From a virus (taxonomy: Duplodnaviria; Caudoviricetes), in IMG/VR virus record IMGVR_UViG_3300028591_000200, positions 4,132-68,131 of that record: a DNA stretch of 64,000 nt; one strand, given 5' to 3'. Shown one piece after another: positions 38,413 through 47,587 of this stretch. The notes below the pieces were generated by a model, which searched no databases, was not told the DNA's origin, and saw nothing but the letters and a program-made list of their open reading frames with translations. Numbering within the stretch: position 1 is the first letter of the stretch; every line of letters starts with the position of its first letter. Made by a program: the position numbers and the translations under genes.

Positions 38413-40593
38413 ATGACAGAATACAGAATTGAAGTAAAACCTTGGATGCTTAAATCCTCTACCCCCGGCTACGACTTTATGGCAAAGTGGAATAATGATA
38501 TTCCCATGCCGTTGCTCGTTATGTACGGTACAAAGATCGGTGAATCTCCAAAGATGACAAAGTTTAAACTTCATGGAGACATTCAGCAGAGGATTACCAC
38601 TACTTGCATGTGTTGTGGCAGACCGATTACAAACAAGATTTCCCAGTATTTCGGCATAGGACCTGTCTGTGGTGGACATAACTACACCAGCCCCTTTGCT
38701 ACTGAAGAGGAGCTTGATAAGGCAATAGCTGGCTATCGTGCAAAACTTGTCAAAAAGACTTGGATAGGCTGGATCCCCAATAATTCCATCATCTCTATTG
38801 ATGAGAATACTGATGTTATTCAGGAACTTGCAGATATGCCTTTTGAAGTAGTTCCCGAATCTGAATACTATATGGGCGGCAAGTCAGACCTTGATACTGA
38901 TTATGATAGATCACTCCCAGTAATTCGTGCAAGAATCGCTAAACCAGTTAAGGGTACAGATGATTTTTCTGTATTCCTGTCTTTTAAATACAACGAAGAA
39001 GCTAAAGACGCTATTAAAAATCTTCGAGTACACATTTGGAACAACGATACGAAGGAATGGGAGATTGAGTACAAGGAGTTCGATACTCTCAAAGAGACAC
39101 TTCCGGGATTTAGATTTGAGGTTTCGGGTGAGGAAATGTTACCGAAGAAAGTTGGTATCGAGGACATTTCTACTTTTAAGACCGCTCCAATGAGCCATCA
39201 GCTTGAAGGTGTTGTTTACGGTCTTAACCATAACCGCTGGCTTTTAGCTGATGATCAGGGGCTTGGGAAGTCGAAGCAACTTATTGACTTGGCTATTGCT
39301 CGCAAGAACGCTGGTCAGGTTAAGCACTGTCTTATAATCTGTGGTGTTAATTCCCTTAAATGGAACTGGATTGAAGAAATCAAAAAGCACTCTGACGAAG
39401 ATGGCTGGATCTTGGGTATGTATCGTAAGAACTATAAGACTAACAATCAGACTTGGGATATTGGTAGCAATCAGGACAAGTTGAATGATCTCAATAAGTT
39501 AGGTAGTGATCCTCACTTGGATAGTCACTTCTTCCTTATCACCAACATAGAATCCCTTCGTAATGTTGAGATTGCTGACAAGCTGGCAGAACTTTGCGAT
39601 ACAGGTATCATCAGCATGGTAGCGGTAGATGAAGTACACAGAGTACGCAATACTCGAACACAGGCTGGTCAGGGTTTGCTTAAACTCCAGCCTACATACA
39701 GAGTGGCTATGACGGGTACACCCTTAATCAATAATCCCTTGGATCTGTATGCAATCCTTAAATGGTTGGGTTATCAGAGATATGGGTTCAAATCCTTTAA
39801 GAACCATTTCTGCAATAGTGATGATTGGGGTGGCATTAGTAGTTATAAAAATATAGATCAGCTCCAAGAACAGTTAGATTCTATTATGCTACGCAGAAAG
39901 AAAGATGAGGTTTTGGATCTGCCTGATAAGATCTATGTAAACGAATATGTAGAACTTACTGATGAGCAAAAGCGACTTTACAATCAGGTTATAGTGGATG
40001 CTCTTGAATCCAAGGAGAATAAGTATTCTGATGAAAAAGAGTGCATACTTGCTACGCTCCTGAAACTTCGTCAGGTATCCGGTGGTATCGGTGCTTATGA
40101 CTTTATCAAGAAGAATCCCAAACTCGATAGACTTGAACAGTTAGTTGAAGAAGCCGTGTACTCCGGTACAAAAGTAATCGTGTATAGCAACTGGGTAGAG
40201 GGCATTAAACCTGCTCTTGCAAGACTGAAGAAGTACAATCCAGTAGTCATTACTGGTGAAACCAAAGACGCTGATCGACAGAGCATAGTAAATCAGTTTC
40301 AGACTGATGATACAGTCAAAGTTATCCTCGGCACTATCGGTGCTTTGGGTACTGGACTTACGCTGACTGCCGCAACCGAAGTAATCTTTTTAGATGAGCC
40401 TTGGAATGAAGCAACAAAAGAACAGGCATGTGATAGAGCATACAGAATAGGTACTACTTCTAATGTTACTATCCACACGATAATGACACACGGTACTTAT
40501 GATGAAGATGTCCACCTCATAGTTGAGGGTAAGGGTGATCTCGCTCATGCTATCGTAGACAAAGATGATTTGGCTATGCTGAAAATCGCCTAA
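38413..40593 (+). CDS. SNF2-family helicase with N-terminal zinc finger and HARP-like domain
   Basis: LADDQGLGKS, DEVH, MTGTP, QACDRAYRIG; CMCCGRPIT...GIGPVCG; FKYN...WN..TKEW. Confidence 0.9.
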   Translation: MTEYRIEVKPWMLKSSTPGYDFMAKWNNDIPMPLLVMYGTKIGESPKMTKFKLHGDIQQRITTTCMCCGRPITNKISQYFGIGPVCGGHNYTSPFATEEELDKAIAGYRAKLVKKTWIGWIPNNSIISIDENTDVIQELADMPFEVVPESEYYMGGKSDLDTDYDRSLPVIRARIAKPVKGTDDFSVFLSFKYNEEAKDAIKNLRVHIWNNDTKEWEIEYKEFDTLKETLPGFRFEVSGEEMLPKKVGIEDISTFKTAPMSHQLEGVVYGLNHNRWLLADDQGLGKSKQLIDLAIARKNAGQVKHCLIICGVNSLKWNWIEEIKKHSDEDGWILGMYRKNYKTNNQTWDIGSNQDKLNDLNKLGSDPHLDSHFFLITNIESLRNVEIADKLAELCDTGIISMVAVDEVHRVRNTRTQAGQGLLKLQPTYRVAMTGTPLINNPLDLYAILKWLGYQRYGFKSFKNHFCNSDDWGGISSYKNIDQLQEQLDSIMLRRKKDEVLDLPDKIYVNEYVELTDEQKRLYNQVIVDALESKENKYSDEKECILATLLKLRQVSGGIGAYDFIKKNPKLDRLEQLVEEAVYSGTKVIVYSNWVEGIKPALARLKKYNPVVITGETKDADRQSIVNQFQTDDTVKVILGTIGALGTGLTLTAATEVIFLDEPWNEATKEQACDRAYRIGTTSNVTIHTIMTHGTYDEDVHLIVEGKGDLAHAIVDKDDLAMLKIA

Positions 40594-40601
40594 ATAAAGT
40601 A

Positions 40602-40629
40602 TTGTATTTATATCAATTAGTATTATAAT
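40602..40629 (+). promoter_or_regulatory. Sigma-A-type promoter
   Basis: TTGTAT-16-TATAAT. Confidence 0.7.
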
Positions 40630-40647
40630 TAGGGTACAAATATTATT

Positions 40648-40878
40648 ATGAAAGTGAGGAGAGACAGAATGAACATTACAGTTAGCGAGGACATTTTGGC
40701 TAAAATCAAGAAGAGAAAGGGCGGCACTGCTTTGGTTTCGACACTTCTCGATCTTGCTGGCAGATCCAATACGGAGTACCACAGAGGGGTACTACATGGC
40801 TATTTGCTCTGCTTGTCCACAACCGGAGTTATTACTGGTGATGATGCCATGTGTATCCTTGAACAGATTGTACGCTGA
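40648..40878 (+). CDS. Hypothetical protein
   Basis: ORF after promoter; start may be ATG 40669 (SD GAGGAG). Confidence 0.65.
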   Translation: MKVRRDRMNITVSEDILAKIKKRKGGTALVSTLLDLAGRSNTEYHRGVLHGYLLCLSTTGVITGDDAMCILEQIVR

Positions 40879-40885
40879 TAATCAG

Positions 40886-41027
40886 TGGTGGTGAACGATT
40901 GACGGTGCAGACGCACGACAGGGCTTGAAAAAAGTAGCCCCTACGAAAGAGCTGGCGAAACTTGTATTTGATCCACATTTAGCCGCTTTCAATGAAGTTT
41001 TAAATGGAGTTTGACGAACAGCCACCA
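40886..41027 (+). ncRNA. Candidate structured ncRNA (unassigned)
   Basis: GC-richer intergenic tract; closing TGGTGG/CCACCA plus three internal hairpins, folded by eye. Confidence 0.4.
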
Positions 41028-41067
41028 TTAAATTCTGAAATAATTTAAGAATTTACCATATTGGGTA

Positions 41068-41095
41068 TTGTATTTTTAGATATTAGTATTATAAT
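41068..41095 (+). promoter_or_regulatory. Sigma-A-type promoter heading the small-gene array
   Basis: TTGTAT-16-TATAAT; near-copy of the 40602 promoter. Confidence 0.75.
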
Positions 41096-41148
41096 TATGG
41101 TATAAATATGCCTAAAACATATCAAAATTCCAAAGGAGGTATAGGCAG

Positions 41149-41454
41149 ATGTGTAAGAATAAAGGTGAACTCAACGAGCTGGTAGCAAAGAGAAGAAAGC
41201 TCTCTGCCGAGAAGAAGAAGATCGAGGCACAGATCAAGGATATTGATCATGACATCATTGAGTATGTGCTTGCCAAGGGCGTTGCTGGCGGAGAGGGTAA
41301 CAACACTCTTATCGTGTTTGGTGACGGATATAAGGTTTCCTACATTACCGTAGTATCTCACCCCTTGGATAATGAGAAGGTCAAGGACTATCTTGGAGAT
41401 AAGCTTCCTGACTTCCTGACCGTCAAGAGCAGTAACAGGCTGGATATTCGATAA
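41149..41454 (+). CDS. Hypothetical coiled-coil phage protein
   Basis: SD GGAGGT. Confidence 0.75.
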   Translation: MCKNKGELNELVAKRRKLSAEKKKIEAQIKDIDHDIIEYVLAKGVAGGEGNNTLIVFGDGYKVSYITVVSHPLDNEKVKDYLGDKLPDFLTVKSSNRLDIR

Positions 41455-41469
41455 GAAGGAGAGTTTACT

Positions 41470-41949
41470 ATGCCAAATTTTGTTACAAATGTAGTTACTT
41501 TGCAGGGTATCGGATCTGATAACAGATTCTATACCATAGATGAAGATACGAAGCACTTTGACTTCAACAAGATTATCCCGGAGCCTACAACCGCTGACGA
41601 GTGCGTTGCGAAGTATGGTACAGGCTATCTTGATAGCGTAGACGAGGAAGGACATAGCCTTAAAAGGTTAGACCACAGTGACGATAGACCTTGGTTTGAT
41701 TGGTATAACTGGCATCGTGATTTTTGGGGTACTAAATGGAACGCCTTTGGCACTGGAATTATTGATGACAATACTATCCAGTTTCAGACTGCTTGGGGCG
41801 CTCCTGATCCTATATTCGGAGCATTATCCCGAATGTTTCCGGACATAGAGTTGCGAGTACATTCGGAGTATGAAGGTGACGGTAGCGTTGATTCTGTGTA
41901 TCTGAATGGCAAAGTAGTTTCTTCTGTAATGTCAGAAGAACAGATGTAA
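41470..41949 (+). CDS. DUF1281/YubB ferredoxin-like protein
   Basis: MPN...FDFNKIIP...WY.W....WGTKWN...F.TAW.AP. Confidence 0.75.
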   Translation: MPNFVTNVVTLQGIGSDNRFYTIDEDTKHFDFNKIIPEPTTADECVAKYGTGYLDSVDEEGHSLKRLDHSDDRPWFDWYNWHRDFWGTKWNAFGTGIIDDNTIQFQTAWGAPDPIFGALSRMFPDIELRVHSEYEGDGSVDSVYLNGKVVSSVMSEEQM

Positions 41950-41965
41950 TTGAAAGGAGTATCTT

Positions 41966-42160
41966 ATGGAAGAAAGAGCTATTGTGTTTACTATCTCGCA
42001 GGTTAGCGATACCGAGTGCAGGATCTATACCCGTGATGGCAGGGTTAAGGATGCAGACAACAACATAACGGCTGTTAAGTCAAAGCTCATCAATGCTATG
42101 ATTATGGTTTCTGAAATCCTTAATGACGAAGGGTACGCCGTATTATTTGAGGTAGATTGA
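41966..42160 (+). CDS. Small hypothetical (ends EVD)
   Basis: Cassette array member. Confidence 0.7.
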   Translation: MEERAIVFTISQVSDTECRIYTRDGRVKDADNNITAVKSKLINAMIMVSEILNDEGYAVLFEVD

Positions 42161-42161
42161 T

Positions 42162-42428
42162 ATGACACTATTAGAACAATTAGTTACTAATTCCGGTGAA
42201 ACCGTAGTTATAAACCAAGACCTTAATGATAACTTTGTTGTACGGATGGACAAATGTTCTATATACAATAATCCGGGAGCATTGGGCGTAGCGGGTAGTG
42301 GGAAAACTGTCGAACAGGCTGTTAAAGATTATATACAGAAGATCAGCGGTAAGACCTTGGTGTTTAATTACGGTACTGAAAGTGAAAGATTTGCCAAGTT
42401 CATATTTATATTTGACGAGGTAGATTGA
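42162..42428 (+). CDS. Small hypothetical (ends EVD)
   Basis: Cassette array member. Confidence 0.7.
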   Translation: MTLLEQLVTNSGETVVINQDLNDNFVVRMDKCSIYNNPGALGVAGSGKTVEQAVKDYIQKISGKTLVFNYGTESERFAKFIFIFDEVD

Positions 42429-42429
42429 T

Positions 42430-42597
42430 ATGACCGACAGAGAGATTCTTGATAGGCTTTTAAAATGCTATCAGATTTATTTAGGCGGAGATATGAAACC
42501 TATCGAGGGTTATGATGATACATTTTATGACGGAGTGCTTTGGGCATTTGCAAGATTAACAGAGATCCAGCCGAGCGATGATGAGGAGGTAGATTGA
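42430..42597 (+). CDS. Small hypothetical (ends EVD)
   Basis: Manually translated between junctions. Confidence 0.65.
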   Translation: MTDREILDRLLKCYQIYLGGDMKPIEGYDDTFYDGVLWAFARLTEIQPSDDEEVD

Positions 42598-42598
42598 T

Positions 42599-42898
42599 AT
42601 GGGTAACAGTCCAAGCAACATCTTATTCAGACTTCATACGAAAGGTCATATTACTGATGAGGAATACGACAAACTTAAAAATGCAATAACCGTAGCACGA
42701 GATGAGAATGAACCCACAACCTTTATAGGTGATAGGGGTGCATACGATAGTTGTAAGCGCTGTGTGAAATGCGGATATAAGATCACCCAGTATGTCCTTA
42801 ATGACACTGATGCTAAATATTGTCCTAACTGTGGGCGCAAGATCAAGAACCTGCATCCTGCAACTATGTTTTCTTCGGAGTCCGGGGAGGTAGATTGA
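42599..42898 (+). CDS. Zinc-ribbon accessory protein
   Basis: CVKCG...YCPNCG; ends EVD. Confidence 0.7.
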   Translation: MGNSPSNILFRLHTKGHITDEEYDKLKNAITVARDENEPTTFIGDRGAYDSCKRCVKCGYKITQYVLNDTDAKYCPNCGRKIKNLHPATMFSSESGEVD

Positions 42899-42899
42899 T

Positions 42900-43118
42900 A
42901 TGGGTAAAGTTGACAGAAACCTTTTTAGGGCAAAGTATGGTGATGATCCTGTTGAATACTTTAAGCATCTGCCTGATGTCGAATCTGTGGAAGTTTGCCA
43001 TGATGAGATAAGAGTTACCTATAAGAGAGATACAAAACATATATTTCCAGAGGGAATTATGTATGGGAGATGCACAGGAGATCCAGTAGGTCGTACAGTT
43101 AGAATACCGTTTAAGTGA
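42900..43118 (+). CDS. Small hypothetical
   Basis: Junction start. Confidence 0.65.
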   Translation: MGKVDRNLFRAKYGDDPVEYFKHLPDVESVEVCHDEIRVTYKRDTKHIFPEGIMYGRCTGDPVGRTVRIPFK

Positions 43119-43129
43119 GGTGGGTTGAT

Positions 43130-43285
43130 ATGAAGAAACTCAAAAGGATAATTAAGAGGATTTGCAATCACATTAAGCATTTGATTAAGAAACAGCATGT
43201 CGTTACTTCCCCACATTGTTATGAATGTCCCCATTTTCATGATTATAGTTGTAAATACTTGCACAGTTGTAAGTACATGCCCTGA
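43130..43285 (+). CDS. Small basic Cys/His-rich hypothetical
   Basis: Manually translated. Confidence 0.55.
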   Translation: MKKLKRIIKRICNHIKHLIKKQHVVTSPHCYECPHFHDYSCKYLHSCKYMP

Positions 43286-43316
43286 TTGAAAATGAATGTA
43301 AGTGAGGTAGATTGAT

Positions 43317-43469
43317 ATGAAGATATGGCTTTATATTCCAGACTACGAAAAATTTATTGACCATGATGAGGAAAATGATTATTGCCGATATGCAGAAGAA
43401 TGTACGACAGATTGTCACCAGTGCAGATACTTTGAGCAGAAATGTGATGCGGAAAGTGAGGTAGATTGA
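43317..43469 (+). CDS. Small Cys-rich hypothetical (ends EVD)
   Basis: Manually translated between junctions. Confidence 0.6.
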   Translation: MKIWLYIPDYEKFIDHDEENDYCRYAEECTTDCHQCRYFEQKCDAESEVD

Positions 43470-43470
43470 T

Positions 43471-43680
43471 ATGAAAAAACTTACAAAAGACTATTTAGAA
43501 ACAAAAGATATTGAAGAATTAAGTGATATTCTTGGTGAACTCTGCGACATTAACGGCTATTCAGAAGATCAGATAGATGAGTTATTTGAAGATATTATAC
43601 GCAGAGATGATAATTTTGATTTGGATAAAGAGGATCTAATTTATTGGATTTTAAGATTACATGCTAATGAGGTAGATTGA
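43471..43680 (+). CDS. Small acidic hypothetical (ends EVD)
   Basis: Junction start. Confidence 0.7.
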   Translation: MKKLTKDYLETKDIEELSDILGELCDINGYSEDQIDELFEDIIRRDDNFDLDKEDLIYWILRLHANEVD

Positions 43681-43682
43681 TC

Positions 43683-44060
43683 ATGTCACGGTTGAATATC
43701 CAGCACCCTATTACAAAACAGTGTAGATGCTTTTCCACAGAAACAGATAGTTGGGTTAGTGATTGGCTCACAGAGGATGAGTACAAGGAGTGGTTGATAC
43801 AAGAGACTGTAAAACAAGTTGCATTTGACTTGGAGCAGTACGGTATAAGGAAGCCGCAATTTTATAGCTATAATGAGGCTGTGTATGATGCCGCCAAGAA
43901 GTTATATAGAGATGAGCATTGTAAAACTTGTACTGGATCTGATTGTGATAACTGCAAGGTATGGGGCTATGCAGACTGGGCGGATTATTTACACAATGCC
44001 CCGGAAGATTTCTTCCATTGTAAGCAGGATTTAATTGAGAAAACTAATTACACTCAATGA
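43683..44060 (+). CDS. Hypothetical protein
   Basis: Junction variant GAGGTAGATTGATCATG. Confidence 0.7.
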   Translation: MSRLNIQHPITKQCRCFSTETDSWVSDWLTEDEYKEWLIQETVKQVAFDLEQYGIRKPQFYSYNEAVYDAAKKLYRDEHCKTCTGSDCDNCKVWGYADWADYLHNAPEDFFHCKQDLIEKTNYTQ

Positions 44061-44071
44061 GGTAGATTGAT

Positions 44072-44446
44072 ATGATTAAGTATATTTGTGATGTATGTGG
44101 TGCTACATTTGATAATGAACACTATACAGGTGGTTATATCGACCATATGAATTTAGCAGAAAATCGTCATTATTATGATGATAACCTAAACGAGCTTATT
44201 GAAGATGTTGTTTTTGATGATAGTTCGTTGCGCTCCAAGTCTGATGTGGATAAGCGACTGAACTGTGTTATGCACTGGGACAATCTGCCTGACAGTGTTA
44301 AAGAGCAAGTCAAAATGAAAGTAGATGTACTGTATTCAGAGCATAGCGCCATTAAAGATAAAGCATACAACGATGCTAAAAATATTGCAAAATCTGATTA
44401 TATTTATGCTAAATATCTTCGTGACGCTTTAGATGCAAATATTTGA
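44072..44446 (+). CDS. Hypothetical protein (YICDVCG)
   Basis: Junction start. Confidence 0.7.
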   Translation: MIKYICDVCGATFDNEHYTGGYIDHMNLAENRHYYDDNLNELIEDVVFDDSSLRSKSDVDKRLNCVMHWDNLPDSVKEQVKMKVDVLYSEHSAIKDKAYNDAKNIAKSDYIYAKYLRDALDANI

Positions 44447-44467
44447 CAGGGGGCGAGGTAGATTGAT

Positions 44468-44641
44468 ATGACAGTAATTAGTGTTGATCAATTTTTGAGA
44501 GTATTAAGCGAGAGTGTTCCGGAGAAAGTTCGTACTTTAGTTATTGAAGAAGTATTAGATGATTGTACTAAATATGAAGTAGATGAAGATCTTTTAGATG
44601 CTTTGAAGGTGTTAAAGAGATATTTTAATGGGGTAGATTGA
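44468..44641 (+). CDS. Small hypothetical
   Basis: Manually translated between junctions. Confidence 0.6.
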   Translation: MTVISVDQFLRVLSESVPEKVRTLVIEEVLDDCTKYEVDEDLLDALKVLKRYFNGVD

Positions 44642-44642
44642 T

Positions 44643-44903
44643 ATGAAAGTAGTAATTGACATTCCTGATGAAGCATATGAATTGTTAAAGAGCAAGTCAG
44701 AGCTGGATAACATAGCGGAAAGCATTATAGCAAATGGCGTACCCTTACCTAAAGGGCATGGAAGATTGATTGATGCCGACAAATTAAATCGAAAAAAGAA
44801 GTATTGTTTTCGAACAGAACACGGTACATTTCCTAAATCAGAGTGGTTTATAAAAGCAGATGATTTGTTTTCAGCACAAACAATCATAGAAGCCGATAAG
44901 TGA
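44643..44903 (+). CDS. MKxVIDI / LPKGHGRLIDAD mosaic family protein
   Basis: Paralog of 1081-1326. Confidence 0.75.
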   Translation: MKVVIDIPDEAYELLKSKSELDNIAESIIANGVPLPKGHGRLIDADKLNRKKKYCFRTEHGTFPKSEWFIKADDLFSAQTIIEADK

Positions 44904-44914
44904 GGTAGATTGAT

Positions 44915-45067
44915 ATGGCGAAGAATTGGTGGGAACAAGAAGTTGAATACAGAAATACACTTCAGGAAATGTTAGATAGTGGCATATTTACTTACCAACA
45001 TCAGTTAGATGCTTTGGAATATGCAATATTTTTAATTCAGAAAGAGATAGATGGAGATATAGAGTGA
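44915..45067 (+). CDS. Small hypothetical
   Basis: Manually translated. Confidence 0.6.
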   Translation: MAKNWWEQEVEYRNTLQEMLDSGIFTYQHQLDALEYAIFLIQKEIDGDIE

Positions 45068-45068
45068 T

Positions 45069-45281
45069 ATGGAAACTATAGATATGAAAACATTAAAAGG
45101 AGTTATATCCAGTATTGAAACAAGCACTACTCCCACCGAATTTCCCGGTCATGAGAAATTCATTCAATATATGGACACCCCTGATGTTATGAGTTTTGGT
45201 AAATGGATGCAAGCCAATGGATTTAATACAGCGTTAATTGCTCTTGAAGTAGAGCTGAACAAAAGGGGATTTGATATTTGA
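45069..45281 (+). CDS. Small hypothetical
   Basis: Array member. Confidence 0.65.
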   Translation: METIDMKTLKGVISSIETSTTPTEFPGHEKFIQYMDTPDVMSFGKWMQANGFNTALIALEVELNKRGFDI

Positions 45282-45299
45282 ATTGTGAGGTGAGTTGGT

Positions 45300-45500
45300 A
45301 TGGAAGGTAAAATTATAGAAGCTCACTTTACTTCGGGAGAATCCATTGATTTAAAAGCCGCATCTACTATTTGTGACAGACTACAACGATATGATGAGAT
45401 AGAGCAGATTATAGAAGAATACAAAAGAGGTACAAGTAGAAATGTATTCACTAATGATAAGTATTTCAAAAGAATACTTGAAGTGTTTGAGGTAGATTGA
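45300..45500 (+). CDS. Small hypothetical (ends EVD)
   Basis: Array member. Confidence 0.7.
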   Translation: MEGKIIEAHFTSGESIDLKAASTICDRLQRYDEIEQIIEEYKRGTSRNVFTNDKYFKRILEVFEVD

Positions 45501-45501
45501 T

Positions 45502-45729
45502 ATGGCAGAGCTATTTAATGATATTCCTATTCATTCTGTATTTGTTTGGGGTGATGGGTTACAGTTTATCAAATTATCAAATGCTATCCCAAATGTCTCT
45601 ATGTCAAACCAAAAACCGAATTGTTTTGACTTACAAAAGCACCACTACTGTGTTATGTCTGCTACACATAAAGTTAAAATAGTCAAGACAGTAGACCAGT
45701 ACGATGACAGTCATCTTGATATTGAGTGA
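45502..45729 (+). CDS. Small hypothetical
   Basis: Array member. Confidence 0.7.
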   Translation: MAELFNDIPIHSVFVWGDGLQFIKLSNAIPNVSMSNQKPNCFDLQKHHYCVMSATHKVKIVKTVDQYDDSHLDIE

Positions 45730-45740
45730 GGTAGACCAGC

Positions 45741-45989
45741 ATGACAGAACTCAACAGAGATTTTCTTACAGATAAAGCCTCAAAGATGTTCGGAATACCT
45801 TATGCCGAAGTAACTGATTATCAGAGAACAGAAGCAAAGAACGCCGTGTTTGATTATATGTATTGCAGAACAGATAATTACCCCTTTAAGGATTGTCTAA
45901 TAACTGCAAAGTTACTTGAACCCAAAGCTGGCGATAATTCTTTGAAAAATCTTTATAACAAATTTATAAGAAACAGTGAGGTAGATTGA
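45741..45989 (+). CDS. Small hypothetical (ends EVD)
   Basis: Array member. Confidence 0.7.
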   Translation: MTELNRDFLTDKASKMFGIPYAEVTDYQRTEAKNAVFDYMYCRTDNYPFKDCLITAKLLEPKAGDNSLKNLYNKFIRNSEVD

Positions 45990-45990
45990 T

Positions 45991-46251
45991 ATGTATAATC
46001 AGAAGTTGATCAGGACATTAGAAGATAGATTTGATAAGTTACAGGCGTATCTTTTCAGATCATTTGATGGAGAAGAAGATCTATATTCATTTATTGCTTC
46101 GATAATGTATAACAAAGACTACGAAGATTGCTGTGAATGGAAGAACGGAGAACCTAACATACAGGGCAAGGATCTTCGTGATAGGGTGAAACAGTTTCTT
46201 ATTCCGGTAGTCATAGAATGTGGTGGCATTTCAGAAGATGAGGTAGATTGA
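45991..46251 (+). CDS. Small hypothetical (ends EVD)
   Basis: Array member. Confidence 0.7.
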   Translation: MYNQKLIRTLEDRFDKLQAYLFRSFDGEEDLYSFIASIMYNKDYEDCCEWKNGEPNIQGKDLRDRVKQFLIPVVIECGGISEDEVD

Positions 46252-46252
46252 T

Positions 46253-46456
46253 ATGATGGGTGAAGAGAATGGGATCAAGTGGGAAGTAGTTGATTGGAAA
46301 AGTCCGGCAGATATTACTATCTATGCTGCTGATGGAAATGTTCTGCATACAGAGAAATACCAGTGGATGCATGAACCTGTATTTGGTCCTGATGTAGATG
46401 ATTGTATAGAGATAGATAAAATTCTTGATAAGTTAATTAAAAAATATGGTAGTTGA
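46253..46456 (+). CDS. Small hypothetical
   Basis: Array member. Confidence 0.7.
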   Translation: MMGEENGIKWEVVDWKSPADITIYAADGNVLHTEKYQWMHEPVFGPDVDDCIEIDKILDKLIKKYGS

Positions 46457-46467
46457 GGTAGATTAAT

Positions 46468-46500
46468 ATGCAGGTAGTAATTGATATAGGAGACGGATAA
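46468..46500 (+). pseudogene. 10-codon remnant of the MKxVIDI module (MQVVIDIGDG)
   Basis: Follows a junction; matches N-termini of 44643, 47343 and 50374. Confidence 0.5.
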
Positions 46501-46504
46501 ACGC

Positions 46505-47035
46505 ATGAGTAGGCAAGAAGATTTTTACACAGTAGAACCTATTGAAAAGGAAGTAACCAAAGAGGATTTTGAGGAGTTTGTAAATAACTATCCAAGAAAA
46601 CTCGAAAGAGATTGGTGCGGAATTTATGAACCTCCTCTTATATCTTACAATGACTTTGAACTTGCTAATAGGTGGCCCCACAGTGTGGTCGCATGGACTT
46701 GGGATTATACCTACACTCCATATGGTATTGTTTATACTGATGAGGAGAAACATTATTATATAATAGTTAATTACGAAGAACTATTCAATAGTAAGACCGG
46801 ATATGAGGAACCTCATAGGTGGAGTCATATCGAAATGCGATTACCTGATGGACATTGGATTGATAAGAAAATAGATTATTGGAAATCTATAGACGATCAC
46901 ACCTACAAAATTATTATAGAAGGCACATCCTACACTGTAGGTAAATCTGATTGTATGTTTTATCTACTTTCCGGAGAGACTGGTTTGGCTGATGGTGAGA
47001 AGAAAGGCGGAGCTAACGATGAAAGCAAATATTGA
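46505..47035 (+). CDS. Hypothetical protein
   Basis: ORF track. Confidence 0.7.
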   Translation: MSRQEDFYTVEPIEKEVTKEDFEEFVNNYPRKLERDWCGIYEPPLISYNDFELANRWPHSVVAWTWDYTYTPYGIVYTDEEKHYYIIVNYEELFNSKTGYEEPHRWSHIEMRLPDGHWIDKKIDYWKSIDDHTYKIIIEGTSYTVGKSDCMFYLLSGETGLADGEKKGGANDESKY

Positions 47036-47153
47036 CCGAGATAAGTTAGAAAAAGATACTGAATGGGATGAATATGAAGATGGATTTATCTCTTACTCAC
47101 ACCTTCAGATTTTTAGTGAGCCTGTTGTAATTCCTGCTGATAAAGGAGAATAA
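47019..47153 (+). CDS. Small hypothetical
   Basis: Manually translated; SD GGCGGAG. Confidence 0.5.
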   Translation: MKANIDRDKLEKDTEWDEYEDGFISYSHLQIFSEPVVIPADKGE

Positions 47154-47156
47154 AGA

Positions 47157-47330
47157 ATGATGTTTGATTGGGAAGAGATGTATTATCGTTCACAAAGTTA
47201 TCCAGTGGACGGAGATTTAGAAGAACTTATTGAATTAGCAAAAGTAGAGTTTAATCTTCATCCATCGCCTTATACTGTAAGAGTTTATGATAATGAAACG
47301 GGTAGATGTGTATTTTCGTTAATTAAGTAA
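47157..47330 (+). CDS. Small hypothetical
   Basis: Manually translated; SD AAGGAG. Confidence 0.6.
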   Translation: MMFDWEEMYYRSQSYPVDGDLEELIELAKVEFNLHPSPYTVRVYDNETGRCVFSLIK

Positions 47331-47342
47331 GGAGGTTAAAGA

Positions 47343-47576
47343 ATGAAAATAGTAATTGATATTAATGATGAGATGTATTCAAGAATTATGAATAGCAAAT
47401 TACCTTTTAATGGTGAACCGCCGATGTCATTAGTGTGGGCAATCAAAAACGGCGCAGTTCTTCCCAAAGGACACGGAGAACTCATAGATAAAGATGTTGT
47501 GCTTGATATGATGAACCACGGGATACTTGAAGAATACATAACTACCATGGGTGGAGTAATTCACGCAGATAGGTGA
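47343..47576 (+). CDS. MKxVIDI / LPKGHG mosaic family protein
   Basis: Paralog of 1081 and 44643; SD AGGAGGT. Confidence 0.75.
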   Translation: MKIVIDINDEMYSRIMNSKLPFNGEPPMSLVWAIKNGAVLPKGHGELIDKDVVLDMMNHGILEEYITTMGGVIHADR

Positions 47577-47587
47577 GGTAGAGTGAT

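Noticed and set aside
40886-41027. tmRNA or c-di-GMP riboswitch identity for the structured tract
   Set aside because: It ends in CCACCA and has CTGGCGAAAC and CGAAAG resemblances, but lacks a T-arm and a matching acceptor stem, is too short for tmRNA, and does not fit the GEMM layout.
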